Below, in pieces: positions 36,168-46,097 of a DNA stretch of 64,000 bases. The stretch is from contig OZ220484.1 of NCBI GenBank assembly GCA_965116165.1, forward strand, positions 3,250,090 through 3,314,089. The letters run 5' to 3'. The stretch's first letter is position 1. Every line of letters begins with the position of its first letter. The position numbers and the translations under genes are program-made. The notes under the pieces were generated by a model, which did not search any database, was not told the DNA's origin, and worked only from the letters and a program-made list of their open reading frames with translations. This DNA is from Pseudomonadales bacterium (GTDB taxonomy: Bacteria; Pseudomonadota; Gammaproteobacteria; Pseudomonadales; Azotimanducaceae).

Positions 36168-37736
36168 TCACGGTGCCTGCCGATGGGTCCGCTTGGACAC
36201 ACCGGCGGAAAACGATCCGCCGGACACGCCCGATTCGTCGCCATCGCTGTTGTTCTCCAGACGCTTGTCGGGCCACGCGAACGCTGGCCAGGCACCGCGC
36301 GGCGTGGCTCCGCCGATGTCCGGCGCACCCGCGTCCGCGCCCGCCTCAACTAGCGCTTGGGCCAGATCGACCCATTGGCACTCTGCGGCAATGTGCAGGG
36401 GCGTCCGTCCTAGGGCATCCCTCGCCTCAAGATCGGATCCGGCGGCCATCAGGCGTCTCAGGTCATCAACTTGTCCGAGGGTTGCCGCAGTGTGCAGGCC
36501 GGGGTCTTGCATCGCCCTGACGGCGGCGTACCGAACTAGTGATGGAATCGGGCAGTCGCAATGCCATCCCCGGCTTTGCAATTGCAGAAATCCCAGTTCG
36601 ATCAGGGCGTCGCGCAACGTTTTTGACGCCCGTTCGTCCGCCGGGCCCGCCTCGCCGATGATCCGGATGGCGTCGCCTGGTCTGACAGGGCTGGCCGCGT
36701 CGATGGCGGCCATGGCGCGTCCCACCCATTGGTCATGGTCCAGCACGACCCCCTGGTAGCGCCCCCCGTAGTAGGAATCTCGCGTCTTGGCCGCCACCCG
36801 CCGCACGGCGTCGATATCCACTCCTTCGAGCGAAGCCGGATTTCTGGACACGGCGAGCGCCTCGGCCAGAGCGCCAAGAAATCCGTTGGTGTGCATCGGC
36901 CAGCCCTGGGTATCGAGGATCAGTGCGTCGGACCATGGTTCCCCGAGGGCATCGGGCGCGTCCACCCCGAAATGTCGCAGCCAACTGTCAGACAGGTCTC
37001 GGCACTCGGCGGGGGAAAGACGCTCCAGGACATGAATGCACTTTGCCTCGTTCGAGTAGCGGGAGATGTTGATGCCCTCCCGCTGCAAATGGCTTTGTAG
37101 ATAACCGAGACCCGCGAACACGGGCAGGATGGGGATATCGCCGACACGGCCCAGATGCAGGGACCGCAGAGCGTTGGCCGGCGGGGTGGACGGTTCCACC
37201 ATTTGCGCCTCGTCGACCATCACGATGATCGGGGCTGGAAACGCAGCCGCCCGGTCCTGCCGCAGAAGCCTCCGCGACCCCGCGACGGTCGCCTGCTCCG
37301 CATCCTCGCCGATAGCCTGATCACCTCCCGACAGATAGGTGGCGAGGGCACGAATGATGGCACCGCCCCATTTCTCCAAGGCGGATTCTGGCAGCGTCTG
37401 GCGAATGACCCTGCCTAGGCTCTCGACGTTGCCCAGCGCATCGACATTGAGGTTGACGCAGATCGGATTGTGCGGTCCGGGCGTGCCGCTCCCCCATTTT
37501 TCCTGAAGATGCCTGAGCAGCGCGGTTTTACCCGCCCCCGGTGCCCCCTGCACCAGGCGGGTCAGACCGGGGTCGTTCGCGTCGATGTCGCCGGACAGCC
37601 ACATCTGGTGGGCGAGCGTGGCGGCATTGCCGATGTCTTGGATAACCGCGTTCCGTCCGACAAAAACCGGAGGTTGGGCGCGTGCTCCCTTGTTGGCATA
37701 TTGGGTCAGGGATACGCGCCGCTCCTCATCGTTCAT
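36168..37736 (-). CDS. ORC/STAND-like P-loop NTPase with C-terminal ankyrin repeats
   Basis: 'FVGRNAVIQDI', Walker A 'GAPGAGKTALL', Walker B 'IIVMVDEAQ', 'LERLSPAECRDL' (AAA_16/Arch_ATPase-like layout). C-terminal ANK repeats 'GLHTAATLGQVDDLRRLMAAGSDLEARDALGRTPLHIAAECQWVDLAQALVEAGAD'. Start set at ATG 37736. Confidence 0.75.
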   Translation of the reverse strand: MNDEERRVSLTQYANKGARAQPPVFVGRNAVIQDIGNAATLAHQMWLSGDIDANDPGLTRLVQGAPGAGKTALLRHLQEKWGSGTPGPHNPICVNLNVDALGNVESLGRVIRQTLPESALEKWGGAIIRALATYLSGGDQAIGEDAEQATVAGSRRLLRQDRAAAFPAPIIVMVDEAQMVEPSTPPANALRSLHLGRVGDIPILPVFAGLGYLQSHLQREGINISRYSNEAKCIHVLERLSPAECRDLSDSWLRHFGVDAPDALGEPWSDALILDTQGWPMHTNGFLGALAEALAVSRNPASLEGVDIDAVRRVAAKTRDSYYGGRYQGVVLDHDQWVGRAMAAIDAASPVRPGDAIRIIGEAGPADERASKTLRDALIELGFLQLQSRGWHCDCPIPSLVRYAAVRAMQDPGLHTAATLGQVDDLRRLMAAGSDLEARDALGRTPLHIAAECQWVDLAQALVEAGADAGAPDIGGATPRGAWPAFAWPDKRLENNSDGDESGVSGGSFSAGVSKRTHRQAP

Positions 37737-37834
37737 CGTCGAGCTCCCTCCCGCGGGCCTTGGGTTCTTGCGAGCACCGTGGCGTGCTAGGGAAGCGGCC
37801 AGTGCGGATTCATTCTTGATCGGTAGTGTCGCCG

Positions 37835-37910
37835 CTTGACATTTGCATGAACCGAACATTGTGCGAGCCCCGGCTCGGCGGCATTCGAAAAGTCAAATTG
37901 ATGCAACACC
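37835..37910 (-). repeat. MITE/REP-like family A, copy A3
   Basis: CTTGACATTTGCATGAACCGAACATTGTGCGAGCCCCGGCTCGGCGGCATTCGAAAAGTCAAATTGATGCAACACC is the reverse orientation of A7. Confidence 0.8.
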
Positions 37911-37921
37911 TCTTGATCCAT

Positions 37922-38024
37922 TTGGGAATTATATCCATTAGTTGACAAAACCCAACATGTGGTGATTTCCCGCCACTAAATCCTCAATATATAGTGGTAT
38001 GCTAACTTATGTATAAGTCCCATC
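37922..38024 (-). repeat. Structured repeat family D, copy D2 (inverted relative to D1)
   Basis: TTGGGAATTATATCCATTAGTTGACAAAACCCAACATGTGGTGATTTCCCGCCACTAAATCCTCAATATATAGTGGTATGCTAACTTATGTATAAGTCCCATC. Its reverse complement aligns with D1 with about 8 mismatches and 3 gap positions. Confidence 0.85.
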
Positions 38025-38481
38025 CATTTTCGTGTTTGGAAGCCAGCAAATGAATAATATGCCCGTTGGCTTTGCAACACACGCCCAATGCCCAACAGCG
38101 GGCCGCCGTTTATCTGGTTCCGACACATTTGGCTCTGCGCAACCGACCCTTCCACTGCCCCATGAGTCTCACTAGTGCGCCGTCTGAAAAATACGCATAC
38201 GATTCATCCTGTTCGCGTCAGATCGTAATCATTTAATTTTAATGGGTATTTTTGCATATAGATCAATGCCGATTGGGCGGCGAGTTAATCGGACGGTACA
38301 ATAGATCCGCGTCTGAAAGACCCCGGTCGAGTGCCTTCAAACAATCGAAGATGGCCCCTCTTGGTCTCAGATCCCCCAGCAGGTCGCGGGACTTTTGCCC
38401 CAGACCACCAAACCCGCACATCAACTTTTATATCCCACTGTAGTAAATTTCGGCCGACCGAAACCCCGAGAGGCCCAACCG

Positions 38482-39834
38482 TTGTCAAAACACGGCCGCA
38501 ACCGTCTTTTCATTAAGACCCACGGATGCCAGATGAACGAGTACGATTCGGCGCGCATGGCGGATGCGCTGCGGGAGACCCATGGTTACGAGTTGGTCGA
38601 GTCGGCGGCCGAAGCCGATCTGATATTGCTGAACACCTGCTCGATTCGGGACAAGGCGCAGGCCAAGGTATTTGATCAGTTGGGCCGTTGGCGGCCGCTA
38701 AAGAAACGCAATCCGGAGCTCTTGGTCGGTGTCGGCGGTTGCGTGGCGAGTCAGGAAGGAGCCGCGCTCACCGATCGCGCACCCTTTGTCGATATCGTCT
38801 TCGGGCCGCAGACGCTGCACCGTCTGCCGGAGCTGGTTGAGCGGGCCAGGGTGCGCATTGCCGGCCCGGTGGTCGATGTCAGTTTTCCGGAAATCGAGAA
38901 GTTCGACCGGCTGCCGCCGCCCGGTGCCGATGGCCCGAGTGCGTTTGTTTCGGTCATGGAGGGTTGCAGCAGGTACTGTACTTTCTGCGTGGTGCCCTAT
39001 ACGCGCGGCGAGGAGATGAGTCGGCCCGTTGCCGATGTCCTGCGCGAAGTCGAGCAACTCGCGGCCCAGGGTGTTCGGGAGGTGAACCTGCTCGGCCAAA
39101 ACGTCAACGCCTATCGGGGGCCGATCGAGGGCGACACGGCGGATTTGGCGGAGTTGATTCACTATGTCGCCGCTATCGACGGCATCGAGCGCATCCGCTA
39201 TACCACCTCGCACCCGGTGGAATTCAACGAAAACCTGATACGGGCCTATGCCGATGTGCCGGCGCTGGTCGATCACCTGCACCTGCCGGTGCAATCCGGT
39301 TCGGACCGCATCCTGGCGGCCATGAAGCGCGGGCACACGGTGCTCGAATACAGGTCGAAGATTCGCAAGCTGCGCGCGGTGCGCCCCAACATCAGTATCT
39401 CCTCGGATTTCATCGTTGGCTTTCCGGGTGAAACCGACGCGGATTTCAATGCCACCCTGGCCTTGATCGAGGAAATCGGTTTCGACCTATCATTCTCCTT
39501 TATCTACAGCCCGCGGCCCGGCACGCCCGCGGCGAGTATGCCGGACCCGACCGAGTTGACCGTCAAGAAACACCGTCTCGCCATTTTGCAGAGCCGTTTG
39601 CGCAAGCAGGCCGCCGCGATTGCCGAAGGTATGGTGGGCAGTCGCCAGCGCGTGTTGGTGACCGGCCGGTCAAAGCGGGGTGAGGGGCAACTGCAAGGAC
39701 GCACCGAGAATAATCGAGTGGTCAATTTCCCGGGCGACGACAAAAGCCTGGTCAATGCCTTCGCCAGGGTGCGGATTACCGAGGCCCTGCCGAATTCCCT
39801 GCGCGGCGAGCTTGATCGAGTGTCGGGGGGTTGA
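38482..39834 (+). CDS. miaB: tRNA-2-methylthio-N6-dimethylallyladenosine synthase
   Basis: '[15 protein letters not shown]', radical-SAM '[15 protein letters not shown]', C-terminal TRAM. Start proposed at TTG 38482 (GAGG upstream). The ORF-track TTG at 38395 adds 29 non-conserved codons. Confidence 0.9.
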   Translation: MSKHGRNRLFIKTHGCQMNEYDSARMADALRETHGYELVESAAEADLILLNTCSIRDKAQAKVFDQLGRWRPLKKRNPELLVGVGGCVASQEGAALTDRAPFVDIVFGPQTLHRLPELVERARVRIAGPVVDVSFPEIEKFDRLPPPGADGPSAFVSVMEGCSRYCTFCVVPYTRGEEMSRPVADVLREVEQLAAQGVREVNLLGQNVNAYRGPIEGDTADLAELIHYVAAIDGIERIRYTTSHPVEFNENLIRAYADVPALVDHLHLPVQSGSDRILAAMKRGHTVLEYRSKIRKLRAVRPNISISSDFIVGFPGETDADFNATLALIEEIGFDLSFSFIYSPRPGTPAASMPDPTELTVKKHRLAILQSRLRKQAAAIAEGMVGSRQRVLVTGRSKRGEGQLQGRTENNRVVNFPGDDKSLVNAFARVRITEALPNSLRGELDRVSGG

Positions 39835-39837
39835 CGA

Positions 39838-39900
39838 GGTGCGAACCGAACGGTACGCGAGTCTCGGCTCGGCGGAATTCGGGAAGTCAAATTGATACAA
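39838..39900 (-). repeat. MITE/REP-like family A, partial copy A4
   Basis: GGTGCGAACCGAACGGTACGCGAGTCTCGGCTCGGCGGAATTCGGGAAGTCAAATTGATACAA. Starts 4 nt after the miaB stop. Confidence 0.75.
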
Positions 39901-39909
39901 TTCCCGTCA

Positions 39910-40239
39910 ATGATGAGCGATAATTCGTCTGGGTCCGAATATCCACCGAAATGGGGCATTGCCTGCCAAGGCTGTGCGCTTCGGTTTGCGGCGCGGAACT
40001 TTTGCCACGGGCCACCGGGTGATGACCCCCCCGGGCGGCGGCTGAATCTGGTATCGGGTCTGTGCCTGGGCATGCCGCTTGCCGCGTTGCTGGTTGGTGG
40101 CTGGATGGCCGAGACGCTGGTTGGTGGCGCCTGGTGGGCTATTGGCGGTTTTCTTGGCGCCTCGGCCGCCGTGTTCGGTATGCGGCGTCGCATGGATCTC
40201 TGGTTGCGAGAAGAAGTTGAAGTGAGGGCTAGGCTATGA
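39910..40239 (+). CDS. Hypothetical 2-TM membrane protein, possibly a truncated RseC/MucC-like protein
   Basis: 109 aa. 'CQGC' followed by two Gly-rich TM helices ending 'GGFLGASAAVFGMRRR', reminiscent of the RseC C-terminal half. Its stop overlaps the degP start (ATGA). Weak call. Confidence 0.35.
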   Translation: MMSDNSSGSEYPPKWGIACQGCALRFAARNFCHGPPGDDPPGRRLNLVSGLCLGMPLAALLVGGWMAETLVGGAWWAIGGFLGASAAVFGMRRRMDLWLREEVEVRARL

Positions 40240-41594
40240 AAACCACCTGGACTGCATGGGTGGTATTGATGCTGGCGGGCACCGTCGCGCAGGCGGCGGA
40301 GTTGCCGGACTTTACCGAATTGGTGGATGCCCATTCCGCCTCCGTCGTCAACATCAGCTCGGAGCGTCCGGCGCGGGAGCAGTCGCGGCGCTCCGACGAA
40401 TTCAACGACCTGTTTCGTCGATTCTTCCCGAACCCCAACCCTCCGTCGCCCAAGGGGCCGCGGCGCTCGCAAGGTTCCGGCTTCATCATCGACAGCGATG
40501 GCTACATCCTGACGAACAATCATGTTGTGGGGGAAGCCGACAGGGTGGTGGTGCGTCTGAAGGACCGGCGCGAGCTCAACGCCGATGTGGTGGGCACCGA
40601 CCCCGGGTCCGATTTGGCGCTGCTGAAGGTGGAGGCGGAAGACCTGCAACCCGTACTGCTTGGCCGGTCGGCGACACTCGAAGTGGGTGAGTGGGTACTC
40701 GCTATCGGCTCGCCCTTCGGTTTCGAATACTCCGCCACCGCCGGTATCGTGAGCGGCAAGGGACGCAGCCTGCGCAACGAGAACTACGTGCCCTTCATTC
40801 AGTCGGATGTCGCCATCAACCCCGGCAATTCCGGCGGGCCGCTGTTCAATCTAGACGGTGAAGTCGTGGGCATCAATTCGCAGATTTATTCCAATTCCGG
40901 CGGCTATATGGGCATGTCCTTCGCCGTTCCCATCGATGTGGCGATGGAGGTTGCCGAGCAGCTCAGGCAGTCCGGGCGTGTGGCGAGAGGTTGGCTGGGG
41001 GTTGAGATCCAGCAGGTGAACCGCGAATTGGCGGAGAGCTTCGGCTTGAAACAGCCCCGGGGCGCGTTGATTACCCGGGTATTCCCGGACAGCCCGGGAG
41101 ACAAGGGCGGTTTGCGGGCCGGCGACATTATCACCGAGTTCAACGACCGGGCCATCGACCGTTGGGACGAGTTGCCGCACTATGTTGGCCGGGTGGCGCC
41201 GGGCAGCGAAGCCAATGTCGGCCTGATGCGCGAGGGCAAGAAAATGGAATTGGAAATCGAGATTGGCGAGTTGCCGAGCGATAGCCTGGCGCAACGCGGC
41301 CAAACCGGCTCCGACGAGCTCTCCGTGCTTGGGCTCGCGGTCAAAGAGTTGCCGGAGGGCACGTCAGAGCGCCTGAACATTGATGGCGGCGTGGTGGTGG
41401 TGCATTCCGAAGGCCCCGCCTCGGAAGCCGGCATCCACGCCCGCGACATCATTACCCGACTGCACAATAAGCCGGTGGTTGACCTCGACAGTTTTCGTGA
41501 AATCTCCAGTTCCCTACCCAGGGGACGGAGTGTTTCGGTATTGATCGTGCGCGGCGAAAGGCCTCTGTTTGTTGCGCTTAGGGTTCCCGAATAG
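40236..41594 (+). CDS. degP: Do/DegP/MucD-family periplasmic serine endoprotease (two PDZ domains)
   Basis: Signal peptide, catalytic 'ILTNNHVV', 'DLALLKV', 'GNSGGPLFNLDGEVVGINS', and two PDZ regions. Confidence 0.9.
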   Translation: MKTTWTAWVVLMLAGTVAQAAELPDFTELVDAHSASVVNISSERPAREQSRRSDEFNDLFRRFFPNPNPPSPKGPRRSQGSGFIIDSDGYILTNNHVVGEADRVVVRLKDRRELNADVVGTDPGSDLALLKVEAEDLQPVLLGRSATLEVGEWVLAIGSPFGFEYSATAGIVSGKGRSLRNENYVPFIQSDVAINPGNSGGPLFNLDGEVVGINSQIYSNSGGYMGMSFAVPIDVAMEVAEQLRQSGRVARGWLGVEIQQVNRELAESFGLKQPRGALITRVFPDSPGDKGGLRAGDIITEFNDRAIDRWDELPHYVGRVAPGSEANVGLMREGKKMELEIEIGELPSDSLAQRGQTGSDELSVLGLAVKELPEGTSERLNIDGGVVVVHSEGPASEAGIHARDIITRLHNKPVVDLDSFREISSSLPRGRSVSVLIVRGERPLFVALRVPE

Positions 41595-41652
41595 CCGGCC
41601 GGCATAGGCTTTTCACTACACTCGCCGCCGCTTTTCCGACGGCCCACCGCAC

Positions 41653-43443
41653 TTGCAGAGCCTCGACCACATTCGCAACTTCTCCATCATTGCGCACATC
41701 GATCATGGCAAATCGACCCTGTCGGACCGCCTGATTCAGCATTGCGGAGGATTGAGCGAACGGGAAATGGCCGACCAGGTTCTTGATTCCATGGACTTGG
41801 AGCGGGAACGGGGCATTACCATCAAGGCGCAAAGCGTGACGCTCGACTATGAGGCGGCGAACGGCGGGCTGTTCCGACTCAATTTCATCGACACGCCAGG
41901 CCATGTGGATTTCAGCTACGAGGTATCGCGGTCGTTGGCCGCCTGCGAGGGGGCCCTATTGGTGGTCGATGCCGCCCAGGGCGTGGAGGCGCAATCCGTT
42001 GCCAACTGCTACACCGCCATCGACAACGGACTGGAGGTTCTGCCGGTTCTGAACAAGGTTGACCTGCCGCAGGCCGAACCCGGCCGGGTCGCCCGGGAGA
42101 TAGAGGACATCATCGGATTGCCCACCGACGCGGCGCTTGAGGTCAGCGCCAAGACGGGGGAGGGCGTGCCCGCCTTGCTCGAACAAATCATCGAACGGGT
42201 GCCATCGCCACAGACCGATCCGGCTGCACCGCTCAGGGCGTTGATCATCGACTCCTGGTTCGACAACTATCTCGGTATTGTCTCCCTGGTGCGTGTGATG
42301 TCCGGCGGCGTCGCCAAGGGCGACCGCATCGTATTGAAGTCGACGGGCAAGATCCATCCGGTCGACGAGGTTGGCTGTTTCCGTCCGAAACGAACCGCCA
42401 CGGAGAGGCTCGGCGCCGGCGAGGTCGGTTATGTCATCGCCGGCATCAAGGAAATTCGTGGGGCGCCGGTGGGCGATACCCTGGTGTCGGCACACCACAG
42501 CGAGGTATCCGCGCTGCCGGGCTTCGCCAAGGCCAAGCCGCAGGTATACGCCGGCCTCTTCCCCCTCAACTCGGAGCGGTTCGACGACTTTCGGGCGGCG
42601 CTGGAAAAACTCAGGCTCAACGACGCATCGCTATTCTATGAACCGGAGTCGTCCGATGCGCTCGGTTTTGGCTTCCGCTGTGGATTCCTCGGCCTGTTGC
42701 ACATGGAGATTGTGCAGCAGCGGCTGGAGCGGGAGTACGGCTTGGATTTGATTACCTCCGCCCCCACGGTGATTTATCAGGCGGAGTTGCCGGACGGTTC
42801 GCTGGTGGAGGTGGACAATCCCTCGGCGCTGCCGGAGCGCTACCTGTCGCTGCGCGAACCGATTGCGGAGGTCAACATATTGGTGCCCCAGGAGTTTGTC
42901 GGCAATGTGATCAACCTCTGTGTGGAGCGGCGCGGTGTCCAGAAGGATATGCACTTCTCGGCCGGCCAGGTCTCAATGACCTGGGAGATGCCCATGAACG
43001 AGGTGGTCATGGATTTTTTTGACCGGCTCAAATCGGTAAGTCGCGGTTTCGGTTCGCTGGATTACGCCTTCCATCGCTACGTGGTCTCGAACCTGGTCAG
43101 GCTGGACATCCTCATCAACGGCGAGCGGGTCGATGCCCTGGCCGTGATCGTGCATCGCGACAACGCGCAGCGGCGCGGCAGGCAATTGGTGGAGACCATA
43201 CGGGAACTGGTGCCGCGGCAACTGTTCGCCGTGGCGATTCAGGCGGCCATAGGCGGAAAGATCATCGCCCGCAAAACGGTGGGCGCCCTGCGCAAAAACG
43301 TTACCGCCAAGTGCTACGGCGGGGATGTAACGCGCAAGAAAAAACTGCTTGAGAAACAGAAGGCGGGCAAGAAGCGTATGAAACAGGTCGGCAGTGTGGA
43401 GATCCCGAAGGAAGCCTTTTTGGCGGCGTTGAAGCTCGACTGA
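41653..43443 (+). CDS. lepA: Elongation factor 4
   Basis: '[17 protein letters not shown]', 'DTPGHVDF', 'NKVDL' and the LepA C-terminal domain. TTG start. Confidence 0.93.
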   Translation: MQSLDHIRNFSIIAHIDHGKSTLSDRLIQHCGGLSEREMADQVLDSMDLERERGITIKAQSVTLDYEAANGGLFRLNFIDTPGHVDFSYEVSRSLAACEGALLVVDAAQGVEAQSVANCYTAIDNGLEVLPVLNKVDLPQAEPGRVAREIEDIIGLPTDAALEVSAKTGEGVPALLEQIIERVPSPQTDPAAPLRALIIDSWFDNYLGIVSLVRVMSGGVAKGDRIVLKSTGKIHPVDEVGCFRPKRTATERLGAGEVGYVIAGIKEIRGAPVGDTLVSAHHSEVSALPGFAKAKPQVYAGLFPLNSERFDDFRAALEKLRLNDASLFYEPESSDALGFGFRCGFLGLLHMEIVQQRLEREYGLDLITSAPTVIYQAELPDGSLVEVDNPSALPERYLSLREPIAEVNILVPQEFVGNVINLCVERRGVQKDMHFSAGQVSMTWEMPMNEVVMDFFDRLKSVSRGFGSLDYAFHRYVVSNLVRLDILINGERVDALAVIVHRDNAQRRGRQLVETIRELVPRQLFAVAIQAAIGGKIIARKTVGALRKNVTAKCYGGDVTRKKKLLEKQKAGKKRMKQVGSVEIPKEAFLAALKLD

Positions 43444-43616
43444 TCCACCCGGCGCGATTGTCGGCCGCATTGCGTATAGGCCTCGCGACACGAATGCAGG
43501 TGAGTTCACCGCGCCTCGCTTCGACCACTATAATCGGCCTTCACGAATAGGCGTGGCTGGGCGGGAATTGCTTTGTTTCCCGTTTTATCCGGTGGGCTGG
43601 CGAGTCGGGGAACCGC

Positions 43617-44372
43617 ATGGACATTGACTATCCACTTCTACTTACTTGGGCGGTGCTGATTAGCGGCGGCATTTGGCTGTTCGACGTTCTTGTGTTGAAG
43701 CCGCGTCGGGAGGAAGGTCGGCCGGTGCCCACCCTCGTTGAGTATGCGCGCTCGTTCTTCCCGGTTTTGGTATTTGTACTGGCGCTGCGCAGCTTTTTGG
43801 GGGAGCCCTATCAGATTCCGTCGGAGTCCATGGTGCCAACGCTCGAGGTCGGCGATTTCATACTGGTCAACAAGTACGCCTACGGTATTCGCCTGCCGGT
43901 TTTGGGCACCAAGATCTTCGCGGTCGGGGTACCGGAGCGGGGCGACATCATGGTGTTCATCCCGCCGCACGATTCGCGCTACTTCATCAAACGGGTGATC
44001 GGGCTGCCGGGCGACCACATCCGCTACGAGAACAAGACGCTCTATATCAACGGCCAGCGGGCACGCTACGAATTTGTTCGCGAGTTCCACGACGTCATCG
44101 GCCGCAATACAGTGCCGGTTCGGGAGTATCTGGAAACCCTGGCCGACAAGCCACACACCACCTACCGCTACCCGACGCAGGAACGGGCCGGGGAGTGGGT
44201 GGTTCCCCAGGATTCCTACTTCGTCATGGGAGACAACCGGGACCGGAGCGACGACAGCCGCCGTTGGAAGTTCGTTTCCGAATCGAAAATCGTCGGCAAG
44301 GCGGTCGCGATCTGGGTGCATAAGGAGCCGGGGCTTCATTGGCCGACATTTGCGCGCAATCGCTGGATTTGA
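43617..44372 (+). CDS. lepB: Signal peptidase I
   Basis: 'IPSESMVPTL' (catalytic Ser), 'IKRVIGLPGD' (Lys), 'GDNRDRSDDSR'. Confidence 0.92.
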   Translation: MDIDYPLLLTWAVLISGGIWLFDVLVLKPRREEGRPVPTLVEYARSFFPVLVFVLALRSFLGEPYQIPSESMVPTLEVGDFILVNKYAYGIRLPVLGTKIFAVGVPERGDIMVFIPPHDSRYFIKRVIGLPGDHIRYENKTLYINGQRARYEFVREFHDVIGRNTVPVREYLETLADKPHTTYRYPTQERAGEWVVPQDSYFVMGDNRDRSDDSRRWKFVSESKIVGKAVAIWVHKEPGLHWPTFARNRWI

Positions 44373-44490
44373 CGGGCGCAACGGATAAGCCCGCCTTCCG
44401 GCGGATGGGTTGGTGTCCTGTCTTGCGAATACGCATACTATGTGGCCTGTGCGAACTGAACCCTAGCCGATTCGGCGGCGGACCAACAGG

Positions 44491-45192
44491 ATGGAACACT
44501 GGTTAGTGGGCGAAGACAACCGCCTGTCGGCATTGCAAAAGAAGCTTGGCTATCGCTTCGGGGACGAGCAGCTGCTTCGCCGTTCGTTGACCCACAGAAG
44601 CGCGGCCGGCCCACACAACGAACGCCTTGAGTTTCTCGGTGACGCGGTGCTCGGATATGTCGTGGGGGATTACCTGCATCGCACCCGGCGCAATCAACAG
44701 GAGGATTCGCTCACCCTGCTGCGCTCGGCCATCATCAAAAAGAAAACGCTCGCGGCGTTGGCCCGGGAGATTCGCTTGGGCGAGCATCTGTTCCTCGGCG
44801 TTGGCGAGCGACGCTCCGGGGCCTGGCAGAGGGATTCATTGCTTGCCGATGCGTTGGAAGCCGTCATTGGGGCCGTACACGAAGACGGCGGCATCGAGGC
44901 GGCGCGCGCGCTCATCCTGCGCCTGTTTGGCAAGAAACTGGACAATCTTGCGGAAGACGCCGAAAAAGATCCCAAGAGCGTTTTGCAGGAGCGCCTGCAG
45001 GCCCGCGCATACCCGCTCCCGGAATACCGCACCGTGACGACGGCCGGGCAACCCCATCGGCGCACCTTCAACATCGCCTGCGAACTGCCGGAAGTCGGCC
45101 TCTCCGTGTCGGCCTCCGCGCAGAGTCGCAAGGAGGCGGAAACACGGGCGGCCGCGCTCATGCTTGGCGAGTTGGAAAAGCGGGGCCTGTGA
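44491..45192 (+). CDS. rnc: Ribonuclease III
   Basis: 'NERLEFLGDAVLG' signature and a C-terminal dsRBD. Confidence 0.93.
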   Translation: MEHWLVGEDNRLSALQKKLGYRFGDEQLLRRSLTHRSAAGPHNERLEFLGDAVLGYVVGDYLHRTRRNQQEDSLTLLRSAIIKKKTLAALAREIRLGEHLFLGVGERRSGAWQRDSLLADALEAVIGAVHEDGGIEAARALILRLFGKKLDNLAEDAEKDPKSVLQERLQARAYPLPEYRTVTTAGQPHRRTFNIACELPEVGLSVSASAQSRKEAETRAAALMLGELEKRGL

Positions 45193-46082
45193 GCGACGCA
45201 CCGCAACGCTGTGGCTATGTGGCCATTGTCGGTCGTCCGAACGTGGGCAAATCGACACTGTTGAACGCCGTGCTGCGGCAAAAGATCAGCATCACCTCGC
45301 GCAAGCCCCAAACCACGCGCCACAATTTGCTGGGCATCGATACCCGGGGGCCGTGCCAGGCCGTCTATGTGGATACGCCGGGCATCCACGCCGGCGCGCA
45401 CCGGGAGATGAACCGGCTCATGGTGCGCGCCGCGGCTTCGATGGTGGCGGATGTGGATCTCGTCGCCATGTTGGTTGATGGCGACAAGTGGACCGACCAG
45501 GACCATTTGGTATTGAAATACGTGCGGCGCTCCGGTACCCCGGCCTTTGCGGTCATCAATAAGGTGGATCGGCTGACCGGGCGGGAAGCGGTTCTTCCCG
45601 TGATGGCAAGGCTGGCCTCCCTGGATGCCTTCGCGGAAATTCTGCCGATCTCGGCTCTGAAGCGCGATGGGGTCGAGGCGTTCCGCACGGCCGTATTTGC
45701 CTGCCTGCCGGAACAGGCGCATCTCTTTCCGCCGGATCAATTGACCGACCGCAGCGAGCGCTTTCTGGTCGGCGAAGCTATCCGCGAGAAGATCGTGCGG
45801 CGCTTGGGCGATGAAATACCGCACCGCGCGGCCGTGCTCATCGAGGCTTTCGAAACCACCCCGGATTTGGTGGAAATCCACGCCGATATTGTCGTGGAGC
45901 GCGCCGGACAAAAGCGCATCGTCATTGGTCGGCGGGGCGCCAGGTTGAAATCCATCGGCACCGAGGCGCGGCTCGATATCGAACGGTTGCTCGGACGCAA
46001 GGTCATGCTGCATCTGTGGGTAAAGATCCGCGCCGGCTGGACGGATGATCGTGCCGGCCTCGTGCGCATGGGCTATGAGTGA
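45189..46082 (+). CDS. era: GTPase Era
   Basis: 'GRPNVGKSTLLN', 'DTPG', 'NKVD', KH domain. GTG start overlaps the rnc stop (GTGA). Confidence 0.93.
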   Translation: MSDAPQRCGYVAIVGRPNVGKSTLLNAVLRQKISITSRKPQTTRHNLLGIDTRGPCQAVYVDTPGIHAGAHREMNRLMVRAAASMVADVDLVAMLVDGDKWTDQDHLVLKYVRRSGTPAFAVINKVDRLTGREAVLPVMARLASLDAFAEILPISALKRDGVEAFRTAVFACLPEQAHLFPPDQLTDRSERFLVGEAIREKIVRRLGDEIPHRAAVLIEAFETTPDLVEIHADIVVERAGQKRIVIGRRGARLKSIGTEARLDIERLLGRKVMLHLWVKIRAGWTDDRAGLVRMGYE

Positions 46083-46097
46083 TCGCTGCCCAGTGTA

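Noticed and set aside
25551-38394. Classical integrase-mediated genomic island at tRNA-Thr
   Set aside because: No integrase or recombinase ORF is present. By eye I could not find a direct repeat of the tRNA 3' end (GGTTCGAGTCCGCCTTCCGGCACCA) downstream. The block also contains core-like genes (DUF1820, MFS). It is kept only as a variable-locus observation.
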